Of a DNA stretch of 64,000 nt, positions 26,601 to 39,869 are shown piece after piece; the stretch's first letter is position 1, and each line of letters begins with the position of its first letter. The notes below the pieces were generated by a model. That model ran no database searches, had not been told where the DNA came from, and saw only the letters and a list, made by a program, of their open reading frames with translations. The translations under genes and the position numbers were made by a program. The DNA comes from Phoronis australis (taxonomy: Eukaryota > Animalia > Phoronida). The DNA lies in NCBI GenBank assembly GCA_002633005.1, contig NMRA01000591.1, forward strand, positions 191,570 to 255,569, given 5' to 3'.

Positions 26601-28023
26601 ATGCCAACTGGTTTGAGTTTAGTTTTTGTCAGAACCGGTTCGTGAGCTCCATAAAATACATACCAGCATGCAGAAAGGGAGACTCAATGACGTCATGAAA
26701 ATTCGTCTGCTAATATTTCTAACCGCTGTGACTCGAGTTTATTGCCACTAATTGTTTTCAGACATTTTTTATTTCCATCAGTTTAGAACACATAAAACGT
26801 CCCACCAATACAGAATCACTAAAATAAGAAAATCTTGAAAAGTACAGTACCGCATGGATTTGTAATTTATGCAACTTTGGCGGCCATTTTATACCGATAA
26901 TTCATTAAATTATTGCGGTCATTTGATTGGAGCAACATTTGAATTTCAAAGAGTATTTTGAAATTTTCCGTAATTAAATCCGGATGGTTATATTGAAAAC
27001 ATTTGATTACAATTGACATAAACAAAGGTGTATACATTATACGTCATTTATACGCGGTGATGGCGCCAAACTTGGTGTGTATTTTGAGGTAGGAGCACTG
27101 TTAGAGGTAAGAAATCACAAAACAAGTTGGTGACACGAATGGTAACGGTTATCAACTTTGCACATGTTTGGAACACGTTTCTGTTACCATAAAGCCAAAA
27201 AATCCAATCACACAACAGCGAACAATGCTTCGTTATGCCGGGTGCACCGCTGTCAGTAACAAGGTGGCGAAACCGTCTTGTAAATTTGTAGGAGTCGGCT
27301 CACTTAGAACTGCCAATCAACATGTTGCAGATATCGACAACAGCTCAAAATAGACCGGAAAAGAGATTATTTACGAAAAAGGGAAGCAAACGATTAAGTT
27401 TCGAAAAGCAGAAATGGACGTGTGCTATTGCTTCCGATGAATAATATGCTTTGTTCATCTAAAAACATTGCATGTGGTTAAGTAAAGATAACCTCCCACA
27501 ATCTCACCGGAATAAGAAATTGCTACACTATTGCCATCACGTGACTAAACGGCTCCTATCTCTTCTAACTTATAATTGGTTATATAAAAATCTTCGTGTA
27601 ACGATTACCATCGCCAGAAACTAATAACATGTACCACTGAGGAAGCACTAAATCATGCCAGCAGCCTTCCATAGGCAATACACAGGAACAAACTATTACT
27701 GGTAATATAAAATTCATGGCAGAAACATCTAACTACACAATTTTTCGGTGGCCTGCCGCAGAAAGTGTATGCAAAGGTTTGTTACTGCCAAATATAGCCT
27801 CAGCGCAGAATAGAAATTGGTCGGCTATCGAACTCATAGTAGTATTGCTTTAAAGCAAACGCGCGCTCTATTGATCAGGCATCTGCTTTTCACTAGCATC
27901 TGATTTTGCATGACTTGTGGGACCTAGCTAAACTCGCGAAAAAATATTTCACGGAACCCTGAACTGAGGTCACATTTTCTCCTTTGATAGCGACGCTGTA
28001 TTAGTTTACTTTATGTATTTCAG

Positions 28024-28368
28024 GTCGGAGCTACAGTTTGTTTGACGTTTATTGTGTGCTGGGCGCCATATGCCATTGTGTCCCTCTGGTCAGTGTTCGA
28101 CAGCCAGGCGTCAATTCCTTATACTTTACACGTGCTCCCGCCTTTGTTTGCCAAGTTGAGTGTCTGCCTAAACCCCGCCTTATATTTTATACTGAACAAG
28201 CGTCACAGGGAAGAGTTTCTGCGCATGTTTGGAAATTTGAAGCGCATCCGTGTATTCCGAATGAAGACTTACGAAACCGATGTCTTTGAGAAACGGAATG
28301 AAATTACCGTGAAAAGTAGTATGGTCGTGATAAAAGACTTCAGTCACACGCCAATAAACAGTCTTTGA
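28024..28368 (+). CDS. Opsin terminal exon (TM6-TM7-C tail) with retinal-binding lysine
   Basis: Acceptor ttatgtatttcAG, phase 0. Peptide FIVCWAPYAIVSLWSVF...LPPLFAKLSVCLNPALYFILNKRHR; K296 codon AAG at 28153-28155; stop TGA at 28366-28368. Confidence 0.93.
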   Translation, partial: VGATVCLTFIVCWAPYAIVSLWSVFDSQASIPYTLHVLPPLFAKLSVCLNPALYFILNKRHREEFLRMFGNLKRIRVFRMKTYETDVFEKRNEITVKSSMVVIKDFSHTPINSL

Positions 28369-28622
28369 CAATGCGAGCATGTAGCTCCAACATGGATTTA
28401 AGATCACGTGATCATGCACTAAATGTCCCGCGTCCCTTTTTCTCTTTTGGATGGTATGGTCCGGAATACAACGCTAAACACCGAGCCTATGAAACTAAGA
28501 CCTCCCTTTCGAGGAGGTGGTGAACAGCGGATGAGACTTTTGGCCGAGTGTCACTGTGCAAGGTACATCTATTGTCGACGGCAGCATTTCCTACAGATCG
28601 TTAGATCAGGACTTCATCGCTA

Positions 28623-28781
28623 CAAGGGGCGGATCCAGGAGTTTGAGTTGGGGGGTAGGGGAGACTATTAGCCAAGGTTTTGTCCGTCAGACATTCGCAA
28701 CCCCGGACTTCCAGATGGAATCTGGGAGAATTTTACTGGTGGCCATGGCCTCCTTGCCCACACGCCCTAAATGTGCCACTG
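28623..28781 (-). mobile_element. GC-rich MITE (hAT-like), same family as 47742-47911 in opposite orientation
   Basis: Shares GGCGGATCC, CAGACATTCGCA.CCC, GGGAGAATTTTA and CACGCCCTAA.T..GCCACTG with the reverse complement of 47742-47911. Confidence 0.7.
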
Positions 28782-29814
28782 AATACTCCCTGAAAACGTC
28801 AATCCATAATGAATTGACGACTCATTTTCACTTATTTAAGCGCTTAATTCGTGTTGGCCAAATTTGGGAAATGTCTTCTCACTATGCGCATGTTTTCGCA
28901 CTCCGCTTGATAGTACTGGGTACTGGTGGCCATGAAAAGCATTGTCCGTTCTGGTCTGTACCCGACTCCTTTTGAGACCTGCGCTCACCGACTAAAGTAA
29001 ATCGCCCGCTCGCATCAATTTCAGTCAAGTTCTCCTGTTTTTCCTTTGAAGCGTTGCACAGAGGCGATAACGACGTTTGCAACGGCGGAATTGGCCACGC
29101 GATGAGTAAACAACAATCCGGCATAGATTGTGCTTGTCTCAGGATTTTGCATTTTTAAAAAAAGGCAGCGACTAACCATATCGCACCACCGACCTGATTG
29201 TAAATAAGCAGACTGGAAACAGTAATGCCTTTGGGCTAATGGATTGGTTTTATCGAATGGGTGTTACTCACTGCGTCTGTCACATTCAATATATACAGTG
29301 AGTACAACGATAACACAAGAGGGCGGGCTCTCTAAAGATGTCACTCTAATGCCATTATGCATAAGGCAGTCCGATCTTGAGTCATATAGTTTTATGAATT
29401 GGGAATGAAAAATTATATTTTATTAAGTTTTCGTATCAAAATAAAATTCAACTCCAAAAATACTGCGACTTATGATTTTCCACCATGGTGCCAACGGTCT
29501 ATGCGAAACTTGCGTCAAGTTGGTTTTATATATTCGTTTGAAGATGCAAGTTGTTACTTCTCCAAAAACTCGTACAATCTGATGGAGTCCCATCCCTTCT
29601 TGATTCATGTTTTGGGGTGGAACCCTTTGTTTTTTTAATGCTGCGAGTTAGCATTCTTAGTTTCGCATAACACAACAGCGGATCATTGAGATTCGCTGTG
29701 GCAAATGTGTTATATGATATCTGTAGTTTCAAATAAAACTGCTGCGTGGGTCAGTGACCTTCAAAAGTATACATTTGTATGTAGTGCTAAATGGACGGGT
29801 CAAATATTCACGAA

Positions 29815-32800
29815 TTCATTCATTCATGCATTTCAACATTTAAGGCTGTGGCCCACACGTTTCAAAAAAATTACAGTATAACGCTGAGCAGCTTTTCCCT
29901 GAGAGTAGTGGCGTGAAATACAAATTTCATTAGAATAATCTGAGCAATGGGCTCAGAAATTTTCATTAGCTTTACAAATTTATGTTTATTTGGTTCACGC
30001 CAGCACCACTCAGGTATAAAAGCCATTCTGAGAGAACAGTACATTTTACAAACACATGTAAAATGGTATTCATCTTCAAATAGGGTCACACAGAAAGAAC
30101 AAACAGGGTATTTGTGGTCCACAAGAGCATGTATACCTTTCTCTATCATCAAGTTATGGTTGGAGCAACGTAATTGAGCCATAGCTGCTAAAAAAAAACA
30201 AGGAATATCACGTAACAGATAGGATTCCATTTCAAAATCAATTTTAATGAGGATTATGTAATAAGTTTTGAGCTATTCTTCACAGCAAAGGTACAGTCTT
30301 GTAAAAAACAGTCTTTAACTCGCTGCTGAAAAAAGACAAGAAAAGATGCTTCGCAGCCAAATCCCTGATTGTACCAATCCGAAACCATACATTTGCAACA
30401 AATTCCTAACAGATGAAGCCCAATTTTTCCTACCAGCATCACCCAATGTGACGAGCTTGTCATAGACAGATTTTGGATTTCTATGTGCTGGCATGTTTAA
30501 CAATTTAAACCAATACTTGATCAATTTAACTAACAGCTTTACATAAAATGAATACCTTCCCAATTCTCCCAGAACAGCATGATTTGGACAGTTACTTCCA
30601 ACACCCAACAGTTGCTTACAGAATTTCAATTGGACGCGCTTGATACTAGAATATTCTTTAAATCCCGAATCTCACATCCATAGCTAATGATTGGGTATAT
30701 CATTTTATCAAAAATCTCGAGAGTAATATTCGGTGAAAGTTGTCCACATTTTTGTGAAAACGTTCAATTGAAAAAATTGCTTTCTGTGCCTGGTGAGACA
30801 AAATTTCCGTAGCTTGCGTCCAGACTAACTTAGGAGTAAGGCAAATACCTAGGTACTTACATGATGAGACGACATCTATTTTGTCATTACCAAAATGCCA
30901 TTTTTAGGATTTTCTCAATGATCCGCCAATTCAAAATACCATTATTTTTGTTTTTGTATTGATGCAGAGTGTAATTTTTTCCTGTAGTTTAAACAGTACA
31001 CACCATGGATTTTTGCACATTTTGAATTACCGGTGGCCACAGAATAAATGTATGACGTAAAATTTAGCTAAACCCATGTTTATTTTGTGCAATAAGCTCG
31101 AAATTTTAATTTTTCTTTCAATTTTGCCAATTTTCACATTTCCCGCCGTGTGACGTCATGGGTTGAACACAAGAGATAAGTGACTAGCATTGAACAATGG
31201 TGGAGAGCAGTGAACTTGAAAGTGACGACGATTATGAGCAAGAATTGAATGAATACTATGAAGAAACGAAGGGAAATGGTGGCCAGGATGAGGAAATGGG
31301 GTTGCACGAAAGCGAGAAGAAGTTTAATGTGCTTCTGGCTGCGTACTTTTCTACTTTGAGCCTTACGAACTGGATCCTCCCGCGAGAGAAGCGGCCTCGG
31401 GCTCAGCGAGTCAACCTAGTCGTCCAACACACGATCCTGAATAAAGAGCCGATGTTTCTTAATGATAAATATTGTCCTTTATTGAACCAGGCCTTCATCG
31501 TAACATATCCTGTGACTGGAGTCGAAACACGAGTCCTCAAAGTGGGCAGAACACAGAGTGGCCTCTGGCCGAATCGCTTGGTCCACGATGAGGTCCCACA
31601 CTCTCGTTCGGCGCGCGAAGCGATGCCACTTCTGCGCAACTTTGGTGTCCTTCGGAACACCGAGACGTTCTCCGCCTGGCTGCAGTTGCTGCAGCCTCCG
31701 GAAACACAACTTTTGATCCCTCTACGAACCTTATCGACGCTAAATGTACATTGCTTTCACTTCACTCTTAATTGTCTCTGATCCGAACAGTATGGCGAAC
31801 GACCAGGGTTCAACCCATGACGTTGTACATAATTATTATTTTTTCAATTTTTGCGTGTTTCTGTATGAGATGTGCACTAAAGGCACTGAAATCAAGTAAG
31901 ATATTATAACAAAATTTATTTTGAGATACATGTACTAGAGTCATGTTGTGTACACTTTAAATGCTGTCTCTGCACAACCAACCATATCATCAGCGTATAG
32001 CAATATACAAATTTGAGGCACATTCTCATTTACGTAAATTCCACTAAAAATTATTTTAAGTAATGAACAAACTCGTTCAAATACATACTAAATAAAAAAT
32101 GACTAAGCCTACACCTTGGCGAGTACCAACGTTATTACATGTACTAAAATAATTAACCCACGCTAAGTTCTTACACACGCTCTTAGCTTTGAATACATAC
32201 TTTTCATCAATTTTCAAACTTTACCATGAATTCCTATTTTTGTAGCCTATTCCACAAAAAAATACGTGAAATACTGTCAAAGGCCCGAAAAAAATCTACG
32301 TATATACCACAAAATCTGCGCCTGCGCTTACTCAAGTACTTATGAACAATTCCTTGTAAGGTAAAATTTTGGTCTATTGTACTATACTCCTTTATTAAAC
32401 CAGCCTGAGCTTCGTTAAATAAGTCATTATCGTTGGCCCAACTTGTTAGACGAGCGTTTATAAGTTTCGTAAAAAATTTCTCGAGAACAGGCAGAAGTGA
32501 AATACCCCGATAACTATTTACGTCATTGACGTCTCCTTGCTAATGCAATGGACATAACATAGCGTCACACCAGGATTGAGGAAATTCCCCTAATCGTAGA
32601 ACACTATTAAAAATATTTGTCAAAACAGGTGTTGTATAATCTTTGGTAGACTTGAAGAGTTCATAAACGAGTCCGTCAACACCGGAAGCTTTACCTCTCA
32701 GTAGGTCCCGAAGAACGATAAAAATCTCACTTTAGATAAAATCATGATTCATTTGCTTCGGGTCATCTACCAGACAGTCATTACAATACACATCGTCACT

Positions 32801-34200
32801 TGACAAGTTTCTTTCTACTTGTCCAAGCATACATCTATTATCAGGTTTTTCTTGGTTTAAGAGTGACTGAAAGCGGCTAAACCATTCATCGGCAGAAATA
32901 GATGTATCTGACGTCATTTTCCTAGAGCATGATTTTACTAGCTGCCAAAACGCTCTGGAATTGTTAACATTTTTAGTTAAGGTTTTTCTCAGGCCATCTT
33001 TGAATAACATTTCTTTTGGCTTACATTCACATTTGAATATTTGTCGCAAATCTCTGTACTTAAAATATTAAAATTAACCTGATTTTTATAGTGTCGGAAA
33101 GCAGACAACGCACAATTTTCCCCCTTTTCAGCATCTCTAACTGCTCATCCCACCATGACGGTGGGGTTTTTACAAATTTAACCGCGGCACTGGAGTGTAC
33201 AGTCATGTCGCAGGCAGCTGATTTATACATTTCATTTAACAACTGAACTGCTTCTTCAACCCGACTACTCTCAATAAGATTCGCAATATCACTATAGAAC
33301 ACTTGGAACACACTGACAAACTTGTTCGTGTACTGACTACAACTTTCAGCCTTCCATCTAACTCTGTCATATTCACGGACGGTATAATTTGTGCTATGAA
33401 CAGTGTGATCCTGTGACTGAGTGAAGCCGTGAAAAACACAAACAAGAGGAAGGTGATCAGACACATCCAATAAATCAACTTTAAAATCTGAAACAAAATC
33501 AAACACTTCAGTGGACAGTAGTACATAATCAACTATACTACACCCTTTATTAGATAAACACGTAAAACTCTCCTTCCTCATCATCTGGAAATCTACCGTT
33601 TCATGCATGAAGATTTAACTTGCAACACATTCTCACAAGTGATTTTCCAAATGAATTAATAACATGATCTTTACTAACCCTTGAAAAATAAAGGTAACTT
33701 GAGTCATACCATTCTCCTGAAGGCAAAACTTCTGCTGAGTCGTCTTGAATATGATCGGGGAATTTGCCAATTCTAGCATTAAGATCGCCAGCAATCAAAA
33801 GAGATACGTCTTCGCGGGCATTCAAAATGGCCTCTTCAATACCACTTCTAAATATTTCTACACCATTCTTTTCAATTTCATTTTCATATACTGTCGCACC
33901 CTCAGGTGGCAAGTAAACACAACAGAATAATGCATCCTCTTCAGTACATAATAGAATCTTATCAATTAGAAAAATACCAAAATCAAAATCACATTTCACT
34001 CGAGTTACATACCGAGCTAAACATTTTTTTTACAAACACACAATACTCCACCGTTTACTGAAACATTTGTACCCAGGCAAAAAGTTATCAAGCTGATTTT
34101 CGTCCGCTACCTAAGTTTCTACGACTACAACTAAATCGAAAGAACATAAATAATCAACGATACATGTACTTCTGTTCTCTGTTTTGCTACCTAATACGTG
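29815..34200 (-). mobile_element. Degenerate non-LTR retrotransposon (APE + RT, RTE-X-like)
   Basis: APE motifs VYLPPEG, IAGDLNARIG, SIVDY, SDHLP; RT LLYADD at about 31985-32005 (minus); C-terminal AVLGELGRY and LRCSNHNLMIEKG..C..C..EDEYHF..C; (TGAA)n tail near 29815. Confidence 0.85.
30993..31956 (-). mobile_element. Kolobok-like non-autonomous DNA transposon with THAP remnant, nested in the LINE
   Basis: TTAA on both sides (30989-30992, 31957-31960). TIRs ACAGTACACACCATG / AGTGTACACAACATG; internal inverted repeat CGTCATGGGTTGAAC. THAP motif CVSGGCSN...PKD...W...LCSAHFEDSCF (frameshifted). Removing it restores the LINE reading ETAFKLQEKI. Confidence 0.8.
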
Positions 34201-37200
34201 TACATTCCAGACTGTTGTACGTATTTCGCTGGTCCTTCAAGGCTCTGGGCCGTGGCCAAACTGTTAGGCATTTCTTTAGATATCTTGATTGATTTCTTTA
34301 ACCATTTTCTCTACATCATCGTAAATAAACTGTTTTCCACGCCAACGCTTGTTAAATTGTATACATTCTCCATATTGCTTTCGTTTGCAAACGTGTACAG
34401 CTTTTCTTACATTCATCGAAAAATCTTCAGAGATGTGAATTGATTCACGAATTATCATGAAAGGTTGGAATAAAGCGAGTTTTTACGCCAAAAAGATTAT
34501 GTTTGAGCTTCCTTCTGATCACAAGATCGTAAATTTGAATCAAATCATTCCACACTCACCATTGATACAAAACAACGCTCAATGAAATTTTGAAATGTTA
34601 CTTCTTGATATTTTTTATTTGTTATAGTCCTGTTCTAGGTATCAAACTCATCTGTTTTATACTAGTCCACTATTGGCGAGAAAGACGGACCCAATGCGCA
34701 TGCGAACCGGGGACCATCGGGGCGCACCCAAAAACTACATGTATGGTGATTGAATTAATTATCCTTTGATAAAGCACACATTTATTTTGAGACTGTATAG
34801 CACCCTTGGAAGATGGCCAAATTCGGCTAAATTCGGAACATCCAATTTTGAAGCAACAGTAGGATTCATGTGAAACTTGTGACGAACGCATATAGGTGAC
34901 CGACGACTGTGGTTAAAAATTTCCCACCTAGAACGACGGCACCGTCAGTTTTTCTTGTATCTTCTAGAATAATGTGCCGTAGCATGACTGAAATGATTAT
35001 GAGTAAAATCGTCGAAACCTGGTCGCGTGCAAGTTAAAGCTCAGCAAATTTTTGTCACCATAGCGTCGCAATGCTTTGGAAAATAACGACGAAATAGTCG
35101 GATTTTCGCCGTAGACGCATAACAGGAGATAAAAGCTAATGTGGTCACGTGTTTCTATCCGAACGCGTGGCGATATGTGTCGAAAGCAAGCGGGGTCTTG
35201 CGTTTTTTTAGAATTTCTTGCGTGTGCGGACGCAGCCCGGATTGAGCTTTCCTCTGGATAACCCACGCTCAATAGATTTGCGTCACTATGTCATCACAAT
35301 GCTCTAAGCACAACAAAAGACTAACACTTCATGTAGACAGAAGATGCTCATCGGTAAGTCAATAATGACACTCTTAGTACAGAGTTCCATCTATTTTGAA
35401 TGAAAATCGGAATTTTCAAAATCGCCTTTTCAGTTCACCCGAGATTGAATATGAAAATTAGAAATTACTTCCTAAACGCTCCAACTAATTCGAAGTGGAC
35501 AACTTTGGAAATAGGAATTTGCTAAATCGCTTTTCCCCAGGCTAATTACGCTCGTGTATCTTTACAAACCATGATCATGAACAGCTGACGCAGCTGAATA
35601 TCGTAAAAACATATCACTCAAGTCTGATCGTCACATGTTGCCTGTTGCATTACAATCGAAAACAGTCTCCGGGTCACCTCGAATATTAATGTAGGTGTTT
35701 CATAACCGCACACGTGTGCACTTTCGTTATCAAATATCATGAGACTCCTAAAGTGCCCAGGATATCTTAGTATGCACGTAATACACCACAAGACAGACTA
35801 AAATAGCAAATAACGCTAGACTGAAGCCATGATTTTAGCGTCCCCTAACCAAATCCCTTTGGTGATTGAATTTCGCAATTGTGCAGATATGAAGCGCCAC
35901 AGAGGCCGGGATACCTTTGAAGTTACGTAAACATCGGAAGTATTTCATCAGCCCTCGTAGGTGTTCAATACCTGCACACTTACGAACATCCTTCAGTTCA
36001 GCAAGTCACGTGATTCTTTAAAAGGAGGATGACTATCGGATCATCGGGGGACCGAGGGCAACGGTTGCGATCGACGTCGACGTAATAGGCTGAATGCATG
36101 GATTTGGCCTTCCCTAACCAAGTAAAAAATCGCTTCGCTGTTATGAGTTCCCATACGCGCGGATATGAAAAACTTCAGAGTTCCGAGTGATAATTTGAGG
36201 CTGTAAAAATACTCAAGTAGTTCCGGATGAGGAGAGCATGTGACCGCATTAGCACGTGTCAAGCCACTTTTTTGCATCTGCGGAACGCAGAGTTGATTGT
36301 TATGGTGAGACGCATGTTGACTGGAGGAAGTTAAAAACAGGCGCGAAAAAAATGCCCACGTCTGGGTAATTTGGCTGAGAGATAAAGAAGCGGTGACGTA
36401 AAACTTTAGGTTGTTCACTGAACAATTATTGTATTTTTCTCCCTGTCATTAATCGTTACAAAAGCACACTCTACGAGTCTTGTAGTACTTTGACGTCAAA
36501 TCTGTGTATTTTGCCAAACATCCACAAAACTGTAGACTTAAACTCAGTAAAGGATTATATTTTCTGAAAGCAGAAAATCTGTAGAATTACATGAAGGTTT
36601 CCAACTTAATACGAATCACTAATCGGGTGACGTGACCATACATTTTCAATTATATAACTTAGAAAAAATGATAGGTGCATTCTGAGCTTAAAAACGAAAG
36701 CGCAATTCTGTTACATTTTTCTAAATTATCACGTTTTCGCCTTTTGCATGTTTCATTTCTACCCTTATGTAAAAGTGGAAGATGTCAAAAGCAATTCCTA
36801 AGAGCATTTTGGGGAACAGTGGAGGAATCGTCACTTAATATTTTCAATTTGGATACCAGTGCATAAAATATAGTGTCTCGATGTTTCATATGGCTCCTAT
36901 CAGCCTGTTCTCAGTAGATCTGGTGTTCAAAACTTAGCATTTTTCACAGTCGTTACGTAACGTAAGAAGTTTGTGTTACAGATATGTAGCTGGGCGTTTG
37001 ATTCTGCCACCAAACAAGCCCCCCAACTGCTGTCGTTGTGAACCATGCGACTAAGGTTCTTCGGTTTTCCGTTTGTGAAGGCAACTTAGGACTGGAGTGC
37101 TACGGCCCAGCCCAGACCACCCGAAAAACTAAACTTGATAACGCTATTTTTGGTTGCGGATATCTCTTTATCGTAAATAACATCCACGAGCGGCGTCTCC

Positions 37201-38314
37201 TTCTGCCACGTTTTAATAAAACGCAGTGTAGAGCTTTGCGCAACTTAGTGTACGGCCAGTCAGTAATTTTACTAGATTAGACACTTACAGTTGTTGACTT
37301 GAGAATTTAAGCTATCGGCCAACATCAATTATTCACCACTGATGCTTCTTAGCTTCAAAGCTGATGTACGGAGCAGCTTCTTGCAAGGACAGTGACAGTT
37401 AACGATTAATACCCAATTCATTACGTCTAACAACCCGCCAGCGCACGGAAAGCTTGATCCGGCTCGCGGTCTAATCCCAGAGCTACGAACTCCAAAATAT
37501 GTCTGACATTTCCTGCTCTTCCGCATCAAAAACGTAATTAAAATACTTACCCGATATTCCGGCTTATTACAAATTTGAATTTGTTAGCACTTACTGACAC
37601 CATTTTTATTTGGGGTCATCAAGTGCGAACTTGAACTAAAATTCATCTGAGCATACCGTCGCGCTCTCTTACAAACGGTCATTGACGCCCACTGTCCTAC
37701 GCGTTGCAGAAAAGTATTAGAATAATTCGGACTTCAGTGTCGACAGAGTACCAAGAGCAGATGCTCAGCTTCTGCCCTGTTTCGGAGACTCCGAGACGGT
37801 TAATACGCAGAAATACTACTCGTGATCTTTTTATCTGACCTGGTGTGTGCAAAGAAAACCAGTAATGTTTACTTGTCTTGTTTGATAACATGAAAAACTT
37901 TGTTTTTAAGAAAAATGAATTTAGGTTGATACAAGCACCCCCTTCGCTTTACTGAAAATGTTATGGCATTGTTATTGAGGATTAACTCTTATAAATTATG
38001 TGTTAATTTACCTACGCCAGGGATACATACATGTACCTAGTGGCCCTGCATTTCGCTGATTTGGATTCACATTATCGTACACTTTATAAAGTGACAGTAT
38101 GGACGTGAATAGCATTACTGTCTGTAGTCACTGAGCCCTAGCGCACATTCGAACAGCTAACCTTAACGCTATCTTGCACCTGGTGAGTAAGGGTATTTAA
38201 ATGGTGAAGCCATCGACCTTGATTTCAACGAATGTTTGGCAGACATCGGCAAGAATTAGCGATTTGCTTTTTCTTACATGACTTATGCACCATTCTCAGC
38301 GTGTCCTACTCATT

Positions 38315-38437
38315 GAACACAGGCCGTCCAAGTCACGTGACCCACGCACCGCTCTCAACTACCCATTTAACACAGGCAGTCTAAGTCACATGATTCACAT
38401 ACCACTCCTAACTAACAATGAACATAGGCCATCTAAC
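38315..38437. repeat. Short minisatellite (about 52-bp unit, about 2.3 copies)
   Basis: AACACAGGC.GTC.AAGTCAC.TGA..CAC..ACC repeated. Confidence 0.6.
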
Positions 38438-39869
38438 ATATCCAGCAGATCCTTTTGTTAGTTTGTTCATTTGAACGAAACTGGCGTTGAATCGTCTTAC
38501 TGGAACTCCAACAACCAGAAACAAGTCTTTAAATTTTGGAAAAAATAGTTTATTTCAAATCAGCAAAATGCAAAGCCCCTAGACAAAATACCTAACAACG
38601 GTATTTCATCAGAGAATGTGTATGGATTATTGCGTAGCTATGACGTGCTAATGATTGTTTTGTAAATTGTATTTCCAATGAAGCGGAGAGATAGCGCAAG
38701 ACTAAATTGCTGTCATCAACCAACAAACATTTCTTAACTTGCCTCAGTCTAATTACGCCTACTTGTATAGAAGATACATCCCCCAAGCACAAAACACTAA
38801 TTCCCTCATTCAATCAGTAATCAGCTTATACAAGAGTTTGATACTTAGCGTAGGCAGGAGATCGCAGTATGTACTAAAACATAAAATACATGTAGCTGTT
38901 CACGTATTGGTCAGACCAGCTGCACTACGGCACTTACATAACTGTCAGACCAGACGTAGGAAGGCCTAGTTTGTTGTTTGCAAATATCTCATATAAATCG
39001 GCAAGATCCGGACTTCGTAATTTTTAAGAAACAGGCTGTAAGCCTACGTTCCATCTCAAAAAACTAGTTTTTGATTGAATGAGTTTACCGTTATGGAATT
39101 CGTCTCAAATTGTGCCTTTGTCCAATTGGAGGTGATTTCGGGGCTTTCAGGTGGTTTGTCACGACCTGTCATTTAATGTAACAAGCATGTGTATGTTAAT
39201 GCAGAAACCACTTCTCAATTCTGAAAGGAACAAGTCAAGACTTATCTAAACGGTCTTTGTGAAACGACTGCTTCTTGGGTGGAACGTTGAAATATAGTCG
39301 CGTAAAGATATTTGCAATTTATTGTACAAAGCGAACCAGTTAAAGAAAAAGCTACATGTACCGACAAAAATTATGAATATTCTATCTTTCTGCTATTGGC
39401 ATTGTTCCCCTTGCGCATGCTTGGAATGAAGACTTGCAGACATCTCATAAAGGCTCTATGTGCCAACCTAGAAATTTTAGTTCTAATGAGATTCTTTGTA
39501 GATTTGTGATCCACTGCAATACTAAGTTAAAGTCAGAATGATTATCGTCTGTGCAATATGAATAAATCCTGTACAAAATTTTTGCCAGTCAACACTCCCT
39601 GATCCAAACGTTGTCAAGATCAAAATCCAGCAAATCTCTTTAAAAGGCCAACGAGGACATGGAATAACAAAAACGTACACTACTAAAAATTTTAGGGAAC
39701 CATTTTTAGTTCCAAAATACTTTTTAAGAGGTCAATTTTGTGTCACATTGAATTTTGTGCAAATTAGAAGAAGTATCCAAGGTTGTCACAAGGGATACTA
39801 AGCTAAATCTGTTCTCGAACATAACTTAAAAGATGACGTCTTCACAGCATTTTTCGACCTTGAACTTGA

